Below the pieces are notes generated by a model. It was given only the letters and a program-made list of their open reading frames with translations. It searched no databases and was not told where the DNA came from. From Chiloscyllium plagiosum (lineage: Eukaryota): DNA of 59,483 nucleotides. The DNA lies in the NCBI RefSeq assembly GCF_004010195.1, contig NC_057720.1, positions 35,513,294 through 35,572,776 of the forward strand, given 5' to 3'. This document shows positions 1 to 13,595 of this stretch, piece after piece. Every line of letters begins with the position of its first letter. Position 1 is the stretch's first letter. Both the position numbers and the translations under genes were made by a program.

Positions 1-256
1 ATATCCTCCGAAGAGGCAGGCATAGCTTGGGCCTATGCGGGTGCCCATGGCTACTCCTTTCGTTTGGAGGAAGTGGGAGGATTGGAAAGAGAAGTTGTTC
101 AGGGTGAGGACCAGTTCAGTCAGTCGAAGGAGGGTGTCAGTGGAAGGGTACTGGTCAGTACGGCGGGAAAGAAAGAAGCGGAGGGCTTTGAGTCCTTCAG
201 TGGAAGGGTACTGGTCGGTACGGCGGGAAAGAAAGAAGCGGAGGGCTTTGAGTCCT
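1..256 (-). mobile_element. Penelope-like retroelement, reverse transcriptase fragment (runs off window edge)
   Basis: Minus strand translates as GLKALRFFLSRRTDQYPSTDTLLRLTELVLTLNNFSFQSSHFLQTKGVAMGTRIGPSYACLF, containing the Penelope RT Q..GVAMGT motif. Confidence 0.9.
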
Positions 257-261
257 CACTT

Positions 262-396
262 TCTCCACAATGTAATGGTGTTACAGACAATACATGTTTT
301 AAAAGTGCACGCTATTGATACAATGTCCCCAATTTGTCAAACGCGTTACAGCAAGTTTGTGTTGATGAAACGCACGTTACAGCAGAATGACCTGTA
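262..396. mobile_element. Partial Tc1/mariner-pogo(Tigger)-like MITE
   Basis: Ends GCAGAATGACCTG-TA; the interior aligns by eye with the copies at 1143 and 8390. Confidence 0.6.
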
Positions 397-1142
397 TTCT
401 AATACCGAGTGAGTGCAACATTCCAGAAAAGAAGCAACATGTCCCAGTTTTAAAGTGGAAAATTACTGAACTGTCTTTCCCCCAAAAACAATGTTCTGAA
501 TTTTGCTTTCACCCCAACTCCTGTTGAAAGTTCAACTACAGACTTAAACTCTTAGCAGTAACAAAATACATTAGAAATCCGAAAGTCCATTTTATGTCAG
601 GTCTGTATTCTGTTTACATTTCCTAGTACTTCTTTTGAAAAAGAAGCATTTCAATTAGAAGTGGGAAGGAGTTAACCAACGACTGCATACAAAATGCACA
701 TTCACTGAAATTTGAGGTAATTCCTAAAGTAACACTCCAAATTAAAGCTAATGATGCTAAATTAGTTGTAAATCCATGCCAAGAAAAACAACTACTATAC
801 CTGATTTTAGTAGATAGATTCAAATAATATGCAATTTGGAAAGATTAATATCTTACAAATGATCCAATAGAGCAGAAGTTGGTTTAAAATATGTAAAATA
901 TTTATAGCTTTCCTTATAGTAATTGTGGATGGATACATCCTTATGCGATTTCAGGATACTTTTAATTAATAGCATATTTTTACATGTTAAGTGAACTAAA
1001 TATTGAATTCACAGAGACTGTTACTGAATAGCACTGGCAAGAACCCAGGTACAGGTTACTTTCCTCCAGCATGAGTAATAGGGAAGCAAAATCCTTTTTA
1101 AGTTAAGCCTTTAGCTACAAATTTGCATTCCTTAAAACCATC

Positions 1143-1350
1143 TACAGGCAGTTCTTCTATAAAACGATTGTTGGATTATTGTACAATGCTGCATTATAGA
1201 AAAATTACAATTTAGAAAGAGCACTTAAAGGTGTTGGCGATGTAATCACGTTACAGCCAACGCACGTTTTAAATATTTGCACTTTAGAAACAGCACCTCC
1301 AATTCGTCAATTGTGTTACAACAAATTCACATTACAGCAGAAAGACCTAC
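1143..1350. mobile_element. Tc1/mariner-pogo-like MITE (~210 bp)
   Basis: TA-CAGGCAGTTCTTCTATAA ... TTACAGCAGAAAGACCT imperfect terminal inverted repeats; homologous to 8390-8608. Confidence 0.65.
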
Positions 1351-2064
1351 ATCTTTAATTTATTTTAATGTGTCAAAGTAATTAGCATCTAATTTCACTT
1401 GATGTCTGAGGTACAGTAGAGGAGCGGTATCCAGATATGAATAGATATACTGTAAAAGGGAAAGGGCGAAACTCTGACATCATTCTAAGCCAATTTCTGA
1501 CAAGTAAAATTATGAATAATGGGGGAGATTCCAATAAAAATAAGAATTATTTTGTTGTCTAGAAATTTACAAACGTCATAAATATGACATTTTGCTGTGC
1601 AATTCAATGCCTGTTGCATCTTGTTACCTTCAAATAATTAGTTACCTATACAAGCATAACTAGAACTTCAGTTTCTTGCTCCAAATTTAAGAGGTATCTT
1701 TTTATCAACAATAACACAAAAAGGAAGCTGAGGGAACAGCAGAGATTTTAAATTAATACTTTGCATCAGTTTATTCTGCACAGTCTTGTCAATTATAAGA
1801 TTGATCATATTACAAAGTTCAGGACAGAGAATAAGGAAACTTCAAGAGATCAACAAGCCAGTTCAGCTGACATTTACTAAAGAATTTTTAAACATGGATA
1901 ACATGTGAACCACGTTCCACTAGGACTTGTTGCTCAGACTGAAAGGCTGATAAAAGGTTGAAAAGGCAGAGCCAACAGGTAACTAAAGATCCAATACTTT
2001 GCCTTCAAGAACAGGTAAGAATCTGAAAATACCACAAGAAATATGGCTACTGGACTATGAATTA

Positions 2065-2365
2065 TAGAATCCCTACAGTGGAGAAAGAGGCTATTCGGCT
2101 CATCAAATCTGCAGCGACCCACTGAAGAGCAACCCCCACCCCCGACTATCCATGTAACCCCGCATTTCCCTTGACTAATCCACCTAGCCTGCACATTCCT
2201 AGACACTAAGGGGAATTAGCATGGCCAATCCACTGAACTTTCATCTTTGGACTGTGGGAGGAAACCCACACAGACACAGGGAGAATGTGCAAAGTCCACA
2301 TGGATAGTCACCCAAGGCTGGAATTGAACACGGGTTCCTGGCACTGTGAGGCAGCAGTGCTACCA
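2065..2365 (-). mobile_element. tRNA-derived V-SINE (HE1-like)
   Basis: Minus strand shows a tRNA-like head (GGTAGCACTGCTGCCTCACAG...GTTCAATTCC B box), a V-domain-like TGCACATTCTCCCTGTGTCTG segment and a CTGTAGGGATTCTA tail; second copy at 31195. Confidence 0.85.
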
Positions 2366-2497
2366 ATAGAGAAGGCATCTTCAGAAACACTCAATAGTGC
2401 TACTGGAAAAGTTACATCTTATAATGACATAATATTTTGAACAGGTTACTATGTTAGTGAATGAAGGAAATGCAGCAAACATAGTGCACCTCAACTG

Positions 2498-2902
2498 AGA
2501 GTCATACAGCACAGAAACAGTCCAGCCTGTCCATGCCAAACATAATCCCAAACTAAACTAATCCTACCTGTCTACTCTTGGCCCAAATCGCTCCAAACCT
2601 TTCACCTCCATGTATCTATCCAAATGTCTTTTAAATTAATTGTACCCACATCCATGACTTTCTTAGAGAGCTCATTTCACACGTGAATCACCTGTGTGAA
2701 AAAAATTTGCCTCATATGTCTTTTTTAAATCTCTCTCCTTTCACCTTAAAAATGTGTCCCCGAGTCTTGAAATCCCCCATCCTGGTGAAAAGACAACTAC
2801 CATTAAGTGTATCTGTACTGCTCATTGTTTTATAAATTTCTATCCGGTCACCTCTCAATCTTCTACGCTTCAGAGGAAGAAGTCCTAGCCTACCTAGCCT
2901 TC
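2498..2902 (-). mobile_element. CR1 LINE 3' fragment
   Basis: CR1-type ATGACTCT tail and 3'UTR similar to the copies at 34857 and 42134. Confidence 0.85.
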
Positions 2903-4807
2903 CTTTTTCAGAAGGAATTTGAGTAGCTAACTCACAAGATCCTCAACAGGAACTAGTGAGATGATTAATAATAGGCTTTCAAGTTACAGAAGAGGAAAAC
3001 TAAGTTCACTGGCAGGTCGCACTTCTTTTCTCAGTGAATAGTAGATCTGTGGATCAGTTTGGCAGCCCCGATGTGGTAATCTTCAAAAGATCTAGGAACT
3101 GTTTCAGACTGCACAACATACCACAGAAACATCAGATAATGTCCAGTATAAGTCAGGACCAAAAGGGTCAGAGAAAGATTTTCCAGATTTTTAACCATGG
3201 AATTGTGATTGCCCAGGTTTTAGGTTTTTTGTCCACATGGAGACAACATGGCTCCAGATAGGTAGGAAGCATTTGTATCATGATGCATAAGCCATCAAAA
3301 CATCTGGCTAGGTGAACAGGCTGGACTTTTCCTGTCTTACATTTTGCTATGTATGTCTAAGTGTACATTACATCTAAAAAAACTGAATCTTGAATCACAA
3401 GGCTAAAAAAAAATCCAAAAGCCACGCAGTGCAAAACCTGAGCAAGCAAAGACTTGGATCGGATTTTAAATTTGCTGTCTGGCAGAAACTGGATGGTAAT
3501 TAAAGTAAGTCCAAACATTTACCCCTTCTAAATAACTATCTTGCCATGTCCCAAAATCAATCTGTTATTCTGAGCCAGTGGAAAAGCCACCTGCAGTGAG
3601 TAGGATCCTGCTTAAATGCGCAAATCAGTTTCTTGATTATGTTAACTGGTTCATATCCAACAGTCATATTAGTTGGAGGCCTGCAAATGACAGCAGTCAC
3701 AGATTATCTGTCAGACCAGGTGGCAGATCGATGATCAGCAATTAGATAAAAACAGTTTTAGGTATCCTTATATTTCAGCAGGAACAGATGTACTCCTCCA
3801 AGGTTTACAATGAAGTGTCAGGTCTCTCTTTCAGATTGCTTTCTTGACTGTAGACAAAAAATGCCTTTAAACTGCTTCGACCTGCTCACTCCAGGACATC
3901 ATTCTCACAAGTTTCACTGCAACCTTTTGTCACTACACGCCTGATCCCGATTACCACCTTGGTGGAGTATCTGCTCAGGTTCAGGTCTGATGCCAAGAAG
4001 TATTATCCAAATGAAGACTGGCAAAAATCAGACAGGAAAAGATTAGCCAGGGTTCACAAGCCATTTTAAAGGTATTTGTACTGTGTTCCATCCTTACTTT
4101 AAGAAAATGTTTGTTTCAATTCCTCTACATCAATTTTGGAAAAGCAGAATCCTTAGAAGTTGTACACATCCCAGAATTGCGCATTGGTCATATTTTGGAT
4201 TCTTTGTTGAATAACAGGATAGCATGCAAGGAGTTAAAATATAATAAAGCAGTCCCTTGAAAGCCATAAATATAAGACTTTTGAGTGCTCTGGAAATAGT
4301 AGCAAAACGGAACAAACTGCAGACCAGGCCTAATCTCACCATGCAGAGTATATCACAGGATGCACACTTTTTTTAATAACAGAAATCGTGACAGTATATT
4401 AAAAAAATCATTTCGCAGCTGAAGTGAGGGTGTGTGTTCCTTTAAGGATATAAAGGCCAACTGATGATAATTAAAATTGGAGTGAATTCCATCAAGCATT
4501 AATTGCTACTCAAGTTTGAGCTAAGTACCTTGCCTTTGTTTGTGGCAGTGTCAATTAAGTTTGAGTAAGATTTTGATTTGGATATGTTTTGTTCTTGGCA
4601 GAGTGATTTGACACATTGAAAATGACTGTCAGTGTTTCTTTAAACATTCATCTAAGTGTGGCATAGAAATTTGCATTAACTTGTGGCATCATGATGGACT
4701 AAAAAAAATTCAAATATGGAAACATATCATAGTACTAACAGAGCTAATGTCATTGCTGACACTGATTCAGAGGTATGCTGTTTTATGCAATGCAAAGGTA
4801 TCAAAGC

Positions 4808-4930
4808 GGAGAAAGGGAGGACTGCAGATGCTGGAGATCAGAATCGAAGAATGTGGTGCTGGAAAAGCACAGCTGGTCAGGCAACATCTGAGAAGCAGGA
4901 GAATCGACATTTCAAGCAGAAGCCCTACAT
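4808..4930 (-). mobile_element. Penelope pLTR fragment (family A)
   Basis: Reverse complement of the 3' end of the Penelope copy at 58240-58370. Confidence 0.8.
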
Positions 4931-5059
4931 TTAGGGTGATCAGATAGGGAAAGCATTTTTATTTAATTATGCTTCACGGAAGTTTTTGGTGGTTCAATCA
5001 TGTGCACATTTTCATGGAAACTGTAAATAAGTGAAATTCATTACTACTAACATTCACCT

Positions 5060-5240
5060 AGGAGAAAGTGAGGACTGCAGATGCTGGAGATCAGAGCTTA
5101 AAAATGTGTTGCTGGAAAAGCGCAGCAGGTCAGGCAGCATCAAAGGAACAGGAGAATCGACTTTTCGGGCATAAGCCCTTCCTGAAGAAGGGCTTATGCC
5201 CGAAACGTCGATTCTCCTTCCTTTGATGCTGCCTGACCTC
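5060..5240. mobile_element. Inverted pair of Penelope pLTR fragments with hammerhead motif
   Basis: Antisense pLTR followed by sense pLTR; flanked by 16-bp direct repeat CTACTAACATTCACCT (5044-5059, 5241-5256). Confidence 0.88.
5179..5214 (+). ncRNA. Minimal type-I hammerhead ribozyme motif
   Basis: CTGAAGA-A-GGGC-TTAT-GCCC-GAAA-CG-TC: conserved core, 4-bp helix II, palindromic ACGT helix III. Confidence 0.7.
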
Positions 5241-5269
5241 CTACTAACATTCACCTGTTTAGTTATCTG

Positions 5270-6200
5270 CTCAATTTTATGTCTTACCTTATCTTGAAAC
5301 CCAGTAGACGCGAGAAGTTGTTTGGGAAGCTGTTCCATGTTGAGAACGGTATGAGATAATGCATAAGTATTGGTGAGGGATGTCTTGTGATACAGTGTCG
5401 CAAAGAGAGGAGTCTTGGAGTCTAATGGGACTCTGGTGGGGTTAAAGACAAGTAAAAGAGTGTTGCAGTTTGGATGTTCTGAAGGATTGGCGTGCTGGGA
5501 CTGTGAAAATGCCGAGCAGATATTGCTAATGTGTGACACTGGTAGCAATATGCTTTTGGCTATACAGGGAAGGGTTTTCCATAAGTTGAGAACAATGAGT
5601 TACAGGGTCACATTGTGCAGGAGCAATTAGCAAGCATGCCTAAGAAGACTGAAAATCAAACTGTTCTATTTGAGAGAAAGTGAATAGGTGTTTGGATTCT
5701 GGCAGCATTTGAAATGAGTATCTGAAATGGATAATGAACTACTAGCCACATCTTTCCAGTAAAAGTGGTTGGAAATGACGAAAACATATTTTTCATTGTG
5801 AGTTCTGACTAGTGAAGTCCATACTCTAGGTAGGGAAGGGAGGAAGCAAAAAAGTGGGTCATAAAAGATAAGATGCAAGAGTAGAAGTGGAAAGAAGAGA
5901 CAGAAGGATCTGCAAATGGTGTGCCAATTGTACAAAGTGATGTAGAATGAAGCAGCATATGTCATTGGTCTAAGTATGGCCTTGAAGGAGAATTGAGTTA
6001 ATCAGGTATGGCATCATTGGGATGATATTTGTCAGGTATGAGAGTACTGGGAAAGGTTACTGGGGACATTACAATTAAGAGGAGGACTGTGATCCTGGTG
6101 AACATTCTGTAGGGAAGGGATGTTGGGCAGCTGGAACCACAGAAATATATCAACACCCTAAACCATGCTTCTGAAAAGATGCAAGTAAAAGGGAAAAAAA
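5270..6200 (-). mobile_element. Possible highly decayed Penelope-like element
   Basis: G-rich plus strand with only patchy resemblance to Penelope ORF segments on the minus strand. Confidence 0.3.
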
Positions 6201-8389
6201 AGACTTGTTGGTGCTCCAACATGCCCATCAACTACCTTGTCCAGACAAGCTTCCACATGTCTACTCATCTCCTCCACAGTTCCAGACAGCGTCTCATTGC
6301 ATAGCGGACATACCTGGCCATCCTCTGAGGCCTTCTTTCTCTTGTTTTTCCCTATTCGTGCTAGAAAACAAGCAAGAACAAAGTTTTACTATCAATGTCC
6401 TTCCATTAAAAACTTCCAAAGCTCTCATATAATTTAACAATGAATTAAGTCTTTAGGAGAAATTAATTTGAAACAAACGTGAAGTGTAAAAAAAACAAAT
6501 CTATCAAACTTTGAACTGAACCTTAATGTAAGGAAGCAATACCAACTTTGAACAGGTGTGGATGAACAGCATTAGATTCAGCCAGTCTGAAAAGGGGGGG
6601 CCAGTACAATTTACCAGTTCAGTCAGAGTCTAACTTGAAAGCATTCCACCATCAACCCTCAATACACTATAATGATCACAGTCAAGGAAATTATCTGACT
6701 ACTTTTCTACTCTTTGCCTCACTATTAAACATTATTATACATGGCTAGATTATATCATCCTTTTCACTACCAGTGAGGATTTCTACATGAGGGTTTCTGC
6801 AACATTAATGTTAACTCTATGGATGAATGTATTTTTGATCTATCAGTACGATGCAGCAAGGCATTACAGAGTAAAAAGTATACTCAGCAAACAGGCAAGC
6901 AGGCATGTTTTCTATTTTACAATCCATTATATATTAATTTACTCTATTCAAATATAGTTTCATTTCACATCTTTCATGCTGATAGCACAGTTAATAAACT
7001 TCAACAACCACACTCAGCTCCTCTGAAAACCTTCTATGAATCAAATCCTGCTCCATGTACTTTCTCCTCCGAAAAGTGCTTCAGCCATTGAAATACAGTC
7101 ACTGCAAAACCTTTCTTGGAGGTGCTGTATTCTGGCTGGCTATCCTATTTGGTTCCTCATATGGCTGAAGGAGGTTCCAGGGAGGTTCAAGACAGCAAGG
7201 AGTTCTCCTGATACCCTGGCTATCAATTCTCTCTAAACTAGCACAATTTGCCATTTATCTGATTTGCCATTTACGCAAGCTTGCCTACATATATTAGAAT
7301 GGCTCAACAAAGACTGCATTAAAAAAGTTGTAAAATATTTTGCAACATCTAGAGAATACAGATTTTGCACAATACCAAGTTATTTTCTTATGACTCAGTA
7401 TAACATAGCCTAACACAAGGCCTGTCAACCCCTAAAACACACTGAGCCAAAAAGAATTCCATCAACACAGTAAAAGAAAAAAAAAGTCGGAAATGTGGCA
7501 TTCATTGCTGTTTAATATATAAGATAAAAATAAACGTTCTAGAACAAAAGTTAAATGACAGCAAATTGTCAGTATACATCAGTAATAGCACATTCTTTCG
7601 ACTGCTAAATTAGAGAGAGCTGGAGTAGTTGAACAAGGAAACTCAATTAAGCCATACAGTTAGTAATACACTGCTGCCCAGTTTAATGTATTGCAAGTCA
7701 AAGATGGTTTAAGACTCTCTCATGTCTAGACACCAAAAATAAATAAATAACCATTTTAAAACAGTGCCTAAACACAGCAGGAAGGCTTAATTTATGTAGA
7801 CGCTCCCTTTCCTGAGTAAAATCAATGAGAGACTGTGCCTCATCATTTGCAGGCAGCTGATGGCAGAAGCAGCACCATTATGCATTTCAACAATACACCA
7901 ATAGAGTATTTTTATTTTAAAACGACAAGATATATTGATCATAAAATTAGGATTCTGTTTAACACATGCATATCACAGCAAATGTTTACCTTTTGCCAGG
8001 GTATAATAAAAGTTTTGTTACAGTAAACTGAACCACTCTTCCTGATGATTTACCAGTTATAGAGTATTACATTGAAAAATAGGAACAAAAGATTCTCCTG
8101 AAAAGTCTCTCTCCCCAAGTTCCTTTCCACATCTTATTCCTAACATGAAATTACAACAAAACGTTTTCTCTCACTGCTTCACTTGTTTATGTTTAATGAC
8201 TGAGCCAACCAAACCATGAAGGTCTCAGGCTGCATGTGGGAACAGGTGATCACTTGATGATCCAAATTTGCACTTCTTGGAGAGATGTAAACTTAAAGGG
8301 CTCTGACAAGACACTGAAAGTTCAAGTAGATAAAATGCTTAAAATAATGAAACTATATATAACCAGGAAACACTCATGCACAATGTGAG

Positions 8390-8608
8390 TACAGCTGGTT
8401 CTTCTATCATGCGATGGTTGTGTTCTTGTGCAACCCAGTGTTTTAGAAAAATCGCACTTTAGAAACGGTGTTTAAACTGTTGGAAATGTAATCGCATTAC
8501 AGCCAACACGTTTTAAAAGTCTGCGTTTGAGAAGGTGTCCCCAATTCATCAATCATGTTATAGCAAATTCACTTTAAAGAAATGTGCATTATGGTAGAAT
8601 GACCTGTA
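8390..8608. mobile_element. Tc1/mariner-pogo-like MITE
   Basis: TA-CAGCTGGTTCTTCTAT ... ATGGTAGAATGACCTG-TA; TA at both ends. Confidence 0.7.
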
Positions 8609-8729
8609 CATGCAATTGAATCTCTAGAAGCATTAATTTTCCTCATAGGATGAAAACTTTGTCAAACAAGTGAAAAAGGTACTTGACAAATTTCTGAAGA
8701 ATAAAGTGGTGATCAGCTAATATCACCTG

Positions 8730-9000
8730 TGCAGCACTGAAGGAGGACAGCATTGTTTGAGGTGCCATCTTTTGGATAATGTACTACAACACTAACTACA
8801 TAAGAATGAGCAGGAAGAATGCCCAGTATGTGGGCAATACTAATTCCTCAAACAACATCACCAAGTCATGTTATTCAGTCAGTATTACATTTCTGTTTGC
8901 AGGACCTTGGGCAGAATAGTGACTACATTCCATTGGTGCTAAAGTGCTTTGTCATATTCTATGGTTGTGAAACATGCAACATAATTAAAAGTTTTTCTTT
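8730..9000 (+). mobile_element. Decayed DeuSINE-like SINE (Deu core plus L2-like tail)
   Basis: GAGGTGCCATCTTTTGGAT ... GAGCAGG ... CCTCAAACAACATCACCAAG ... AGTGACTACA ... AAAGTGCTTTG in the order expected for this family. Confidence 0.6.
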
Positions 9001-12000
9001 AAATGCAGCAAAGACAGAGGGAGGGCATGAGAGTCTGGTAACATAGAAGTTTAAAATACCATTACTGCAAAACGTCCATGATGCCTAAGACTAAGCTCAT
9101 AATTATAACATACAAAAGTTGAAGTGTTAGATAACCACAAAAGTCTGTGGTTTACTTCAACTTCTGAAACATGAACTACTTAATTGGGGCAAAACACCTC
9201 ATAAATCACCTACTAATTCCACCTCACCCATTTGTCACACCGGAAACTCATCAGTATCAAGAGAAACTTATTGAAATGACAAATATTTTGTTGTTTTTCC
9301 CACTTGGTATAATTCATACGTTTTAAAACTAAATATCACAAAAACTATTCATGCCTGAAAATGGTTTTAATTTAGTAAGTATTAATATACAAGATAACAC
9401 TTATTTGGAATACTAATATGTTAAAAATCACTACAATGATCTTTTTTCTGAGAAACTAACACACATTTTACATCATGAATAACCAAATAAAAACCAAAGT
9501 AACACAAATCTGTCTTACAAAACTACACTGATGTTGCTCACGTTTAAAACAACCTGCGCATGGATGTGGTGCCAGTCAGATTTTGTGAGGTCAAACAATT
9601 AGGAAGATATCAGTTTTGGCCTGTTTCCATAGGTGGCTTTCCATTCCAAGCTAATGACTTACACTTTGGACCAATCCATGGACTACACTTTCAGAACCAC
9701 TAAAATAGGACAGGCATAGGCCATTCAGTCCCTTGAATGTGCTCTGCAATTCTAGGTCCAAATTATCATCTTCCGCAACATCATATAGGAATAGGTACAT
9801 CATGCAGTAAAGAAAAATGGCAGCCTGTCAGAATTATCTGATACTCACTTGCCACAGCATATTTTTCTAACAGTTAGCAATCAAAGACTTTGAGGTGCAG
9901 TTAAGATGCCAGCTCGGCAGAACCTGGTTTATACTACTTATAACTGGTCAGAACTTTTAAGATTTCTCATGCAGAATGCAAATGTGCACTGCCTGGGAGA
10001 AGGGGCAGAGCTCTCTTCCATCAGCTGAAAATTTAAATGTTTGAAGGAGTGGAGAGGAGAAAAGCCCAACTCACAACAACTTAAATTCAAGAAATGGAGT
10101 CTTCAAAAAAAAAGTTTCCAATGGATCTGCTGTAAACCAGGGTCAACAGCACATTGGCTTTGAAAGATGCAAGACAAGGGCCCTCAAGGTGTTGTGCTCA
10201 AACTTACTCTGCAGGCACTCTGCGTTTGACTACGGATATAAAGCTGAGCCTTGGTACAAAATGAAACAGTTTTCTACGGATGTGTTGAAAATTCAGGGCG
10301 CATCTAGCCTGGATGGTGAACCCATACAAGGGAAACCGCCTTTTTACTCTTAGTTATCAGTACAGTATGCACTGCTCTAGAGTTGTACTGACTGTATATT
10401 AAAGAAAGCAAGACATGGACTAGAGAATGAAAAGAAGTTCTACATCCAACCCTACATATTCACAGACATTTTCTTAGTTTCAAAGTATTGTGAACTAGCT
10501 TATTGAATCAAACAGCAAAGGGGATACATCAATTTTTTTAAAAGCAATACATATCAAGGAGTTTGTTCTTGCTTGCATGAAAATTCATTGAAGAAATAAT
10601 TTATCATGACAATTAGGGTCTTAATTTAAATAGCAATCAGACAGCAGATTAAATATGCCGTGATAGGAAAACCAGGCTATTTCGCGAATCCGTTTCACTC
10701 GACAGTCTCACTTCAAAACTGTCCTCAATCTACTCCCAATCCCCAGTGCTCATTGTACAAATTTATGCATTTTCCTTCCTTTATCCTTTTCTTTAAAAAC
10801 TGCCCTGCACGTAATTAGAAATTTAACGCTGCAGAACACTGCCTATTACATTGTAATTCTTTGTTCTTTCTTAACTGCATATTGAGTGATGCTACATTAA
10901 TTTTTAGGTACAAGTAATATGAAATATAAAGGGGGGTGAGAAAGCCATCCACGGCTATATGCAGATTATTCAGCTGTCTCTGGCTAAATACTAAATGAAT
11001 AATCTCTGCTCTAATCGACAATGTACTTTTGAAAGGCTCGGTTGAAAAGAAAAACCTAGCTCAATTATGCTGGGCCCACTAGTGTAACTACTACTGAATT
11101 CATAATATCTAGGTTCCAGAGAAACACAATTCTTCTACCGTCTTTCACAGAGCGCAAACCTGATCGCACATTACTGAAGCAAAATGATATTATGACCCAG
11201 GATTAGCTTTGCACTCATGTTGGCACAGCCAGTGTTAGAAAGGTCAATATAAAACTAAATCTTTTGAACACGTCGGATTGATTGACACTTCCTTAAAATA
11301 GAACAGTAAATTCATTTCAAATTAATAACTGCGATTTATTTTCTGTTCCTGTGTTGTCATACAGTATACACAGAAAGCAAGTAAATTAGACTCATCAGAA
11401 ACTGTAAGTTCTTCAGTGTAAATGTTGGTTCTTTCCTCCATATGCTGATTTCTGATGTAATATATGAAAGGGACTGTCACACTCTAGAGGAGACAAAGAC
11501 TTTCTTCTTCCTTGTAAAGGTCCATTAATGATGGACAGTGGAAGAGATACTGATTTATTTATTGCAGGTGTGATCACCTATATCAGCTTCAGGAGAGATT
11601 GATTTGTGATACAAAAATTGAAAATGATCCAAATATTACCCAGCGAGGTTTTACTGCCATTTGTTGAACTTGAATTATGAGGGCATGCCTCAGCCTTGGG
11701 TTTTTACTTGGTCTTTAACTCTGTGAATAGAACTCATTCAGAGAAATATAGTCAGACAGCTTGAGTCGACCAGACTGGCTTAAAAATCTCCAAGCCATCT
11801 TTCCAACTTTCTCTTTGCTGATACTTGTGAGAGGATCTAAGAATGACTTCCCCTTTGTTGATCATTTCCAGCCCCTCTCCTACCATAAGAAATGTTAGAA
11901 AATTCTTCACTAAGGTGTTGTAAACCTTTAATACAGATGCAGAACAGCATTTAATCATCTGAAAGTTCACACCAAATCCAATGGAGCTCAGTACAAACAT

Positions 12001-13359
12001 CATGTTAAAAAAAAGCAACACAATGGTTTCAGATAAAACAGGGAAATCACTTCAGCAGAAATTTGAAATAGAGCCTGAATCCTCACCCACTAATCATTAA
12101 TATTCACATATGGTTCTGTAACAAGCAGATTGCTAACACCACAGCTGGGTTGCTGCTAGGAAGCTGACCTTAGTCCCAATGGCAATAAGAGTGAAATTGT
12201 CGGGTCCATGATTAAGCAGACAGCAAACTAATAAAAGGAGGTTGAACTTTACTTACCTGACACTCTTTATATATAGAACTTCCAGGAATGTTGCGTCCAA
12301 AACAGTTAAGCCTGAATTAATTAGAAGTGATTACACTATCATCATTAATTAATTATCTGGTAATCACACTCTTGTGTACTTTAACATCTGTGTTGCACTG
12401 ACAGAATTTAGCCCCAATCGGTGCCTGTCGGTGAGTTAGGCTATTCATTCAAACTGATTCAACATGATGTTTCTGGTTCATATAATACTGTAAACTATAG
12501 CCTTCATCTAAACTCAATCAAAGGACACACTGTTATCCCTGTAAGAAGACAACAGTGGCACTTGAGTAACATTGTCAAAGACAACAGAAAGTAAAAGGGC
12601 AGTTTCCATTTTCTATAGTCTGAACATTAAAATGGTCTCTATGCAGATTGTCTTTATTCTATGTGGTGAAGGAGGTCCAGGAAGGTAACTCGATGAAAAA
12701 GGAACAATGATATGTTTTCAAGTTAGGATGGTGTCTGACTTGGAGGGGAACTTGCAAATGTTAGTGTTCCTATGCCACCTTTCTCTTTCTATGTTGTATT
12801 TGTCACATGTTTAGAAGGGGCTGTTGAAGTCTTTCCAAGTTACTACAGTGCATCTTGTAAATAATATATAGTGCATCAGAAGCACATTGAGTAAAAGTTT
12901 AAGGTTGTGGATAGGGTGCCTGCAAAGCAGACTGACTCATCCAAATTGTATCCCGTTTCATTTTGGAACTTCTCACATTCAGTAAGGTGGCAGACATTCT
13001 GAATTGCTGGTTTGCAGATGTATTTGGGGTGGGATGGGGGATTGAGGTGAAAAGAATGACCAACTGCAGAATGTGTAGCTTTTGGCATGCTTGTTTAACC
13101 ATATTATTTGTGCTCCTGGCCATGTTAAATTTCTGATCATTGGCAACCCCCAGAATATTTAAAGTGTGTTATTTAGTAATGATAATGTCAATTTATTTCA
13201 AGGTGAGGTAGTTGACTCTGTTTTGTTGGAGGCACTCATCACCTGGCATTTGTATGGCATGAATGTTATTTCCCTCATCAGCAGAAACATCAATGTGGCC
13301 TGGATGTTGTTGAAATGGACTGCTAAGTGTGATCCTCATCAGTGGACAGTTCTTTTGTA

Positions 13360-13595
13360 ATTCTGGATCGGTGGTGCTGGAAGAGCACAGCAATTCAGGC
13401 AGCATCAGAGGACAGGCAAAATCGACGTTTCGGGCAAAAGCCCTTCATCAGGAATAAAGCTTTATTCCTGATGAAGGGCTTTTGCCCGAAACATCGATTT
13501 TGCCTGTCCTCGGATGCTGCCTGAATTGCTGTGCTCTTCCAGCACCACTGATCCAGAATCTGGTTTCCAGCATCTGCAGTCATTGTTTTTACCTT
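13360..13595. mobile_element. Palindromic Penelope pLTR doublet (family B)
   Basis: 200-bp loopless inverted repeat centred at 13459/13460 plus a one-sided 3' extension; 16-bp TSD AGTTCTTTTGTAATTC (13348-13363, 13596-13611). Confidence 0.92.
13420..13455 (-). ncRNA. Minimal hammerhead ribozyme motif
   Basis: Minus strand ATTC-CTGATGA-A-GGGC-TTTT-GCCC-GAAA-CG-TC-GAT; mirror copy on + at 13468-13495. Confidence 0.72.

Noticed and set aside
35..412. 125-aa Arg-rich ORF with internal repeat
   Set aside because: Antisense shadow of the Penelope RT plus the 60-bp duplication.
10200..10353. Possible small exons on either strand (HSAFDYGYKAEPWY... on +; 42-nt segment before GTAAGT on -)
   Set aside because: No recognisable protein and no partner exons; cannot be supported without RNA-seq.
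12410..12470. CTGTCGGTGAGTT resembles the 3' half of miR-181a
   Set aside because: The AACATTCA seed is absent and I see no complementary star arm.
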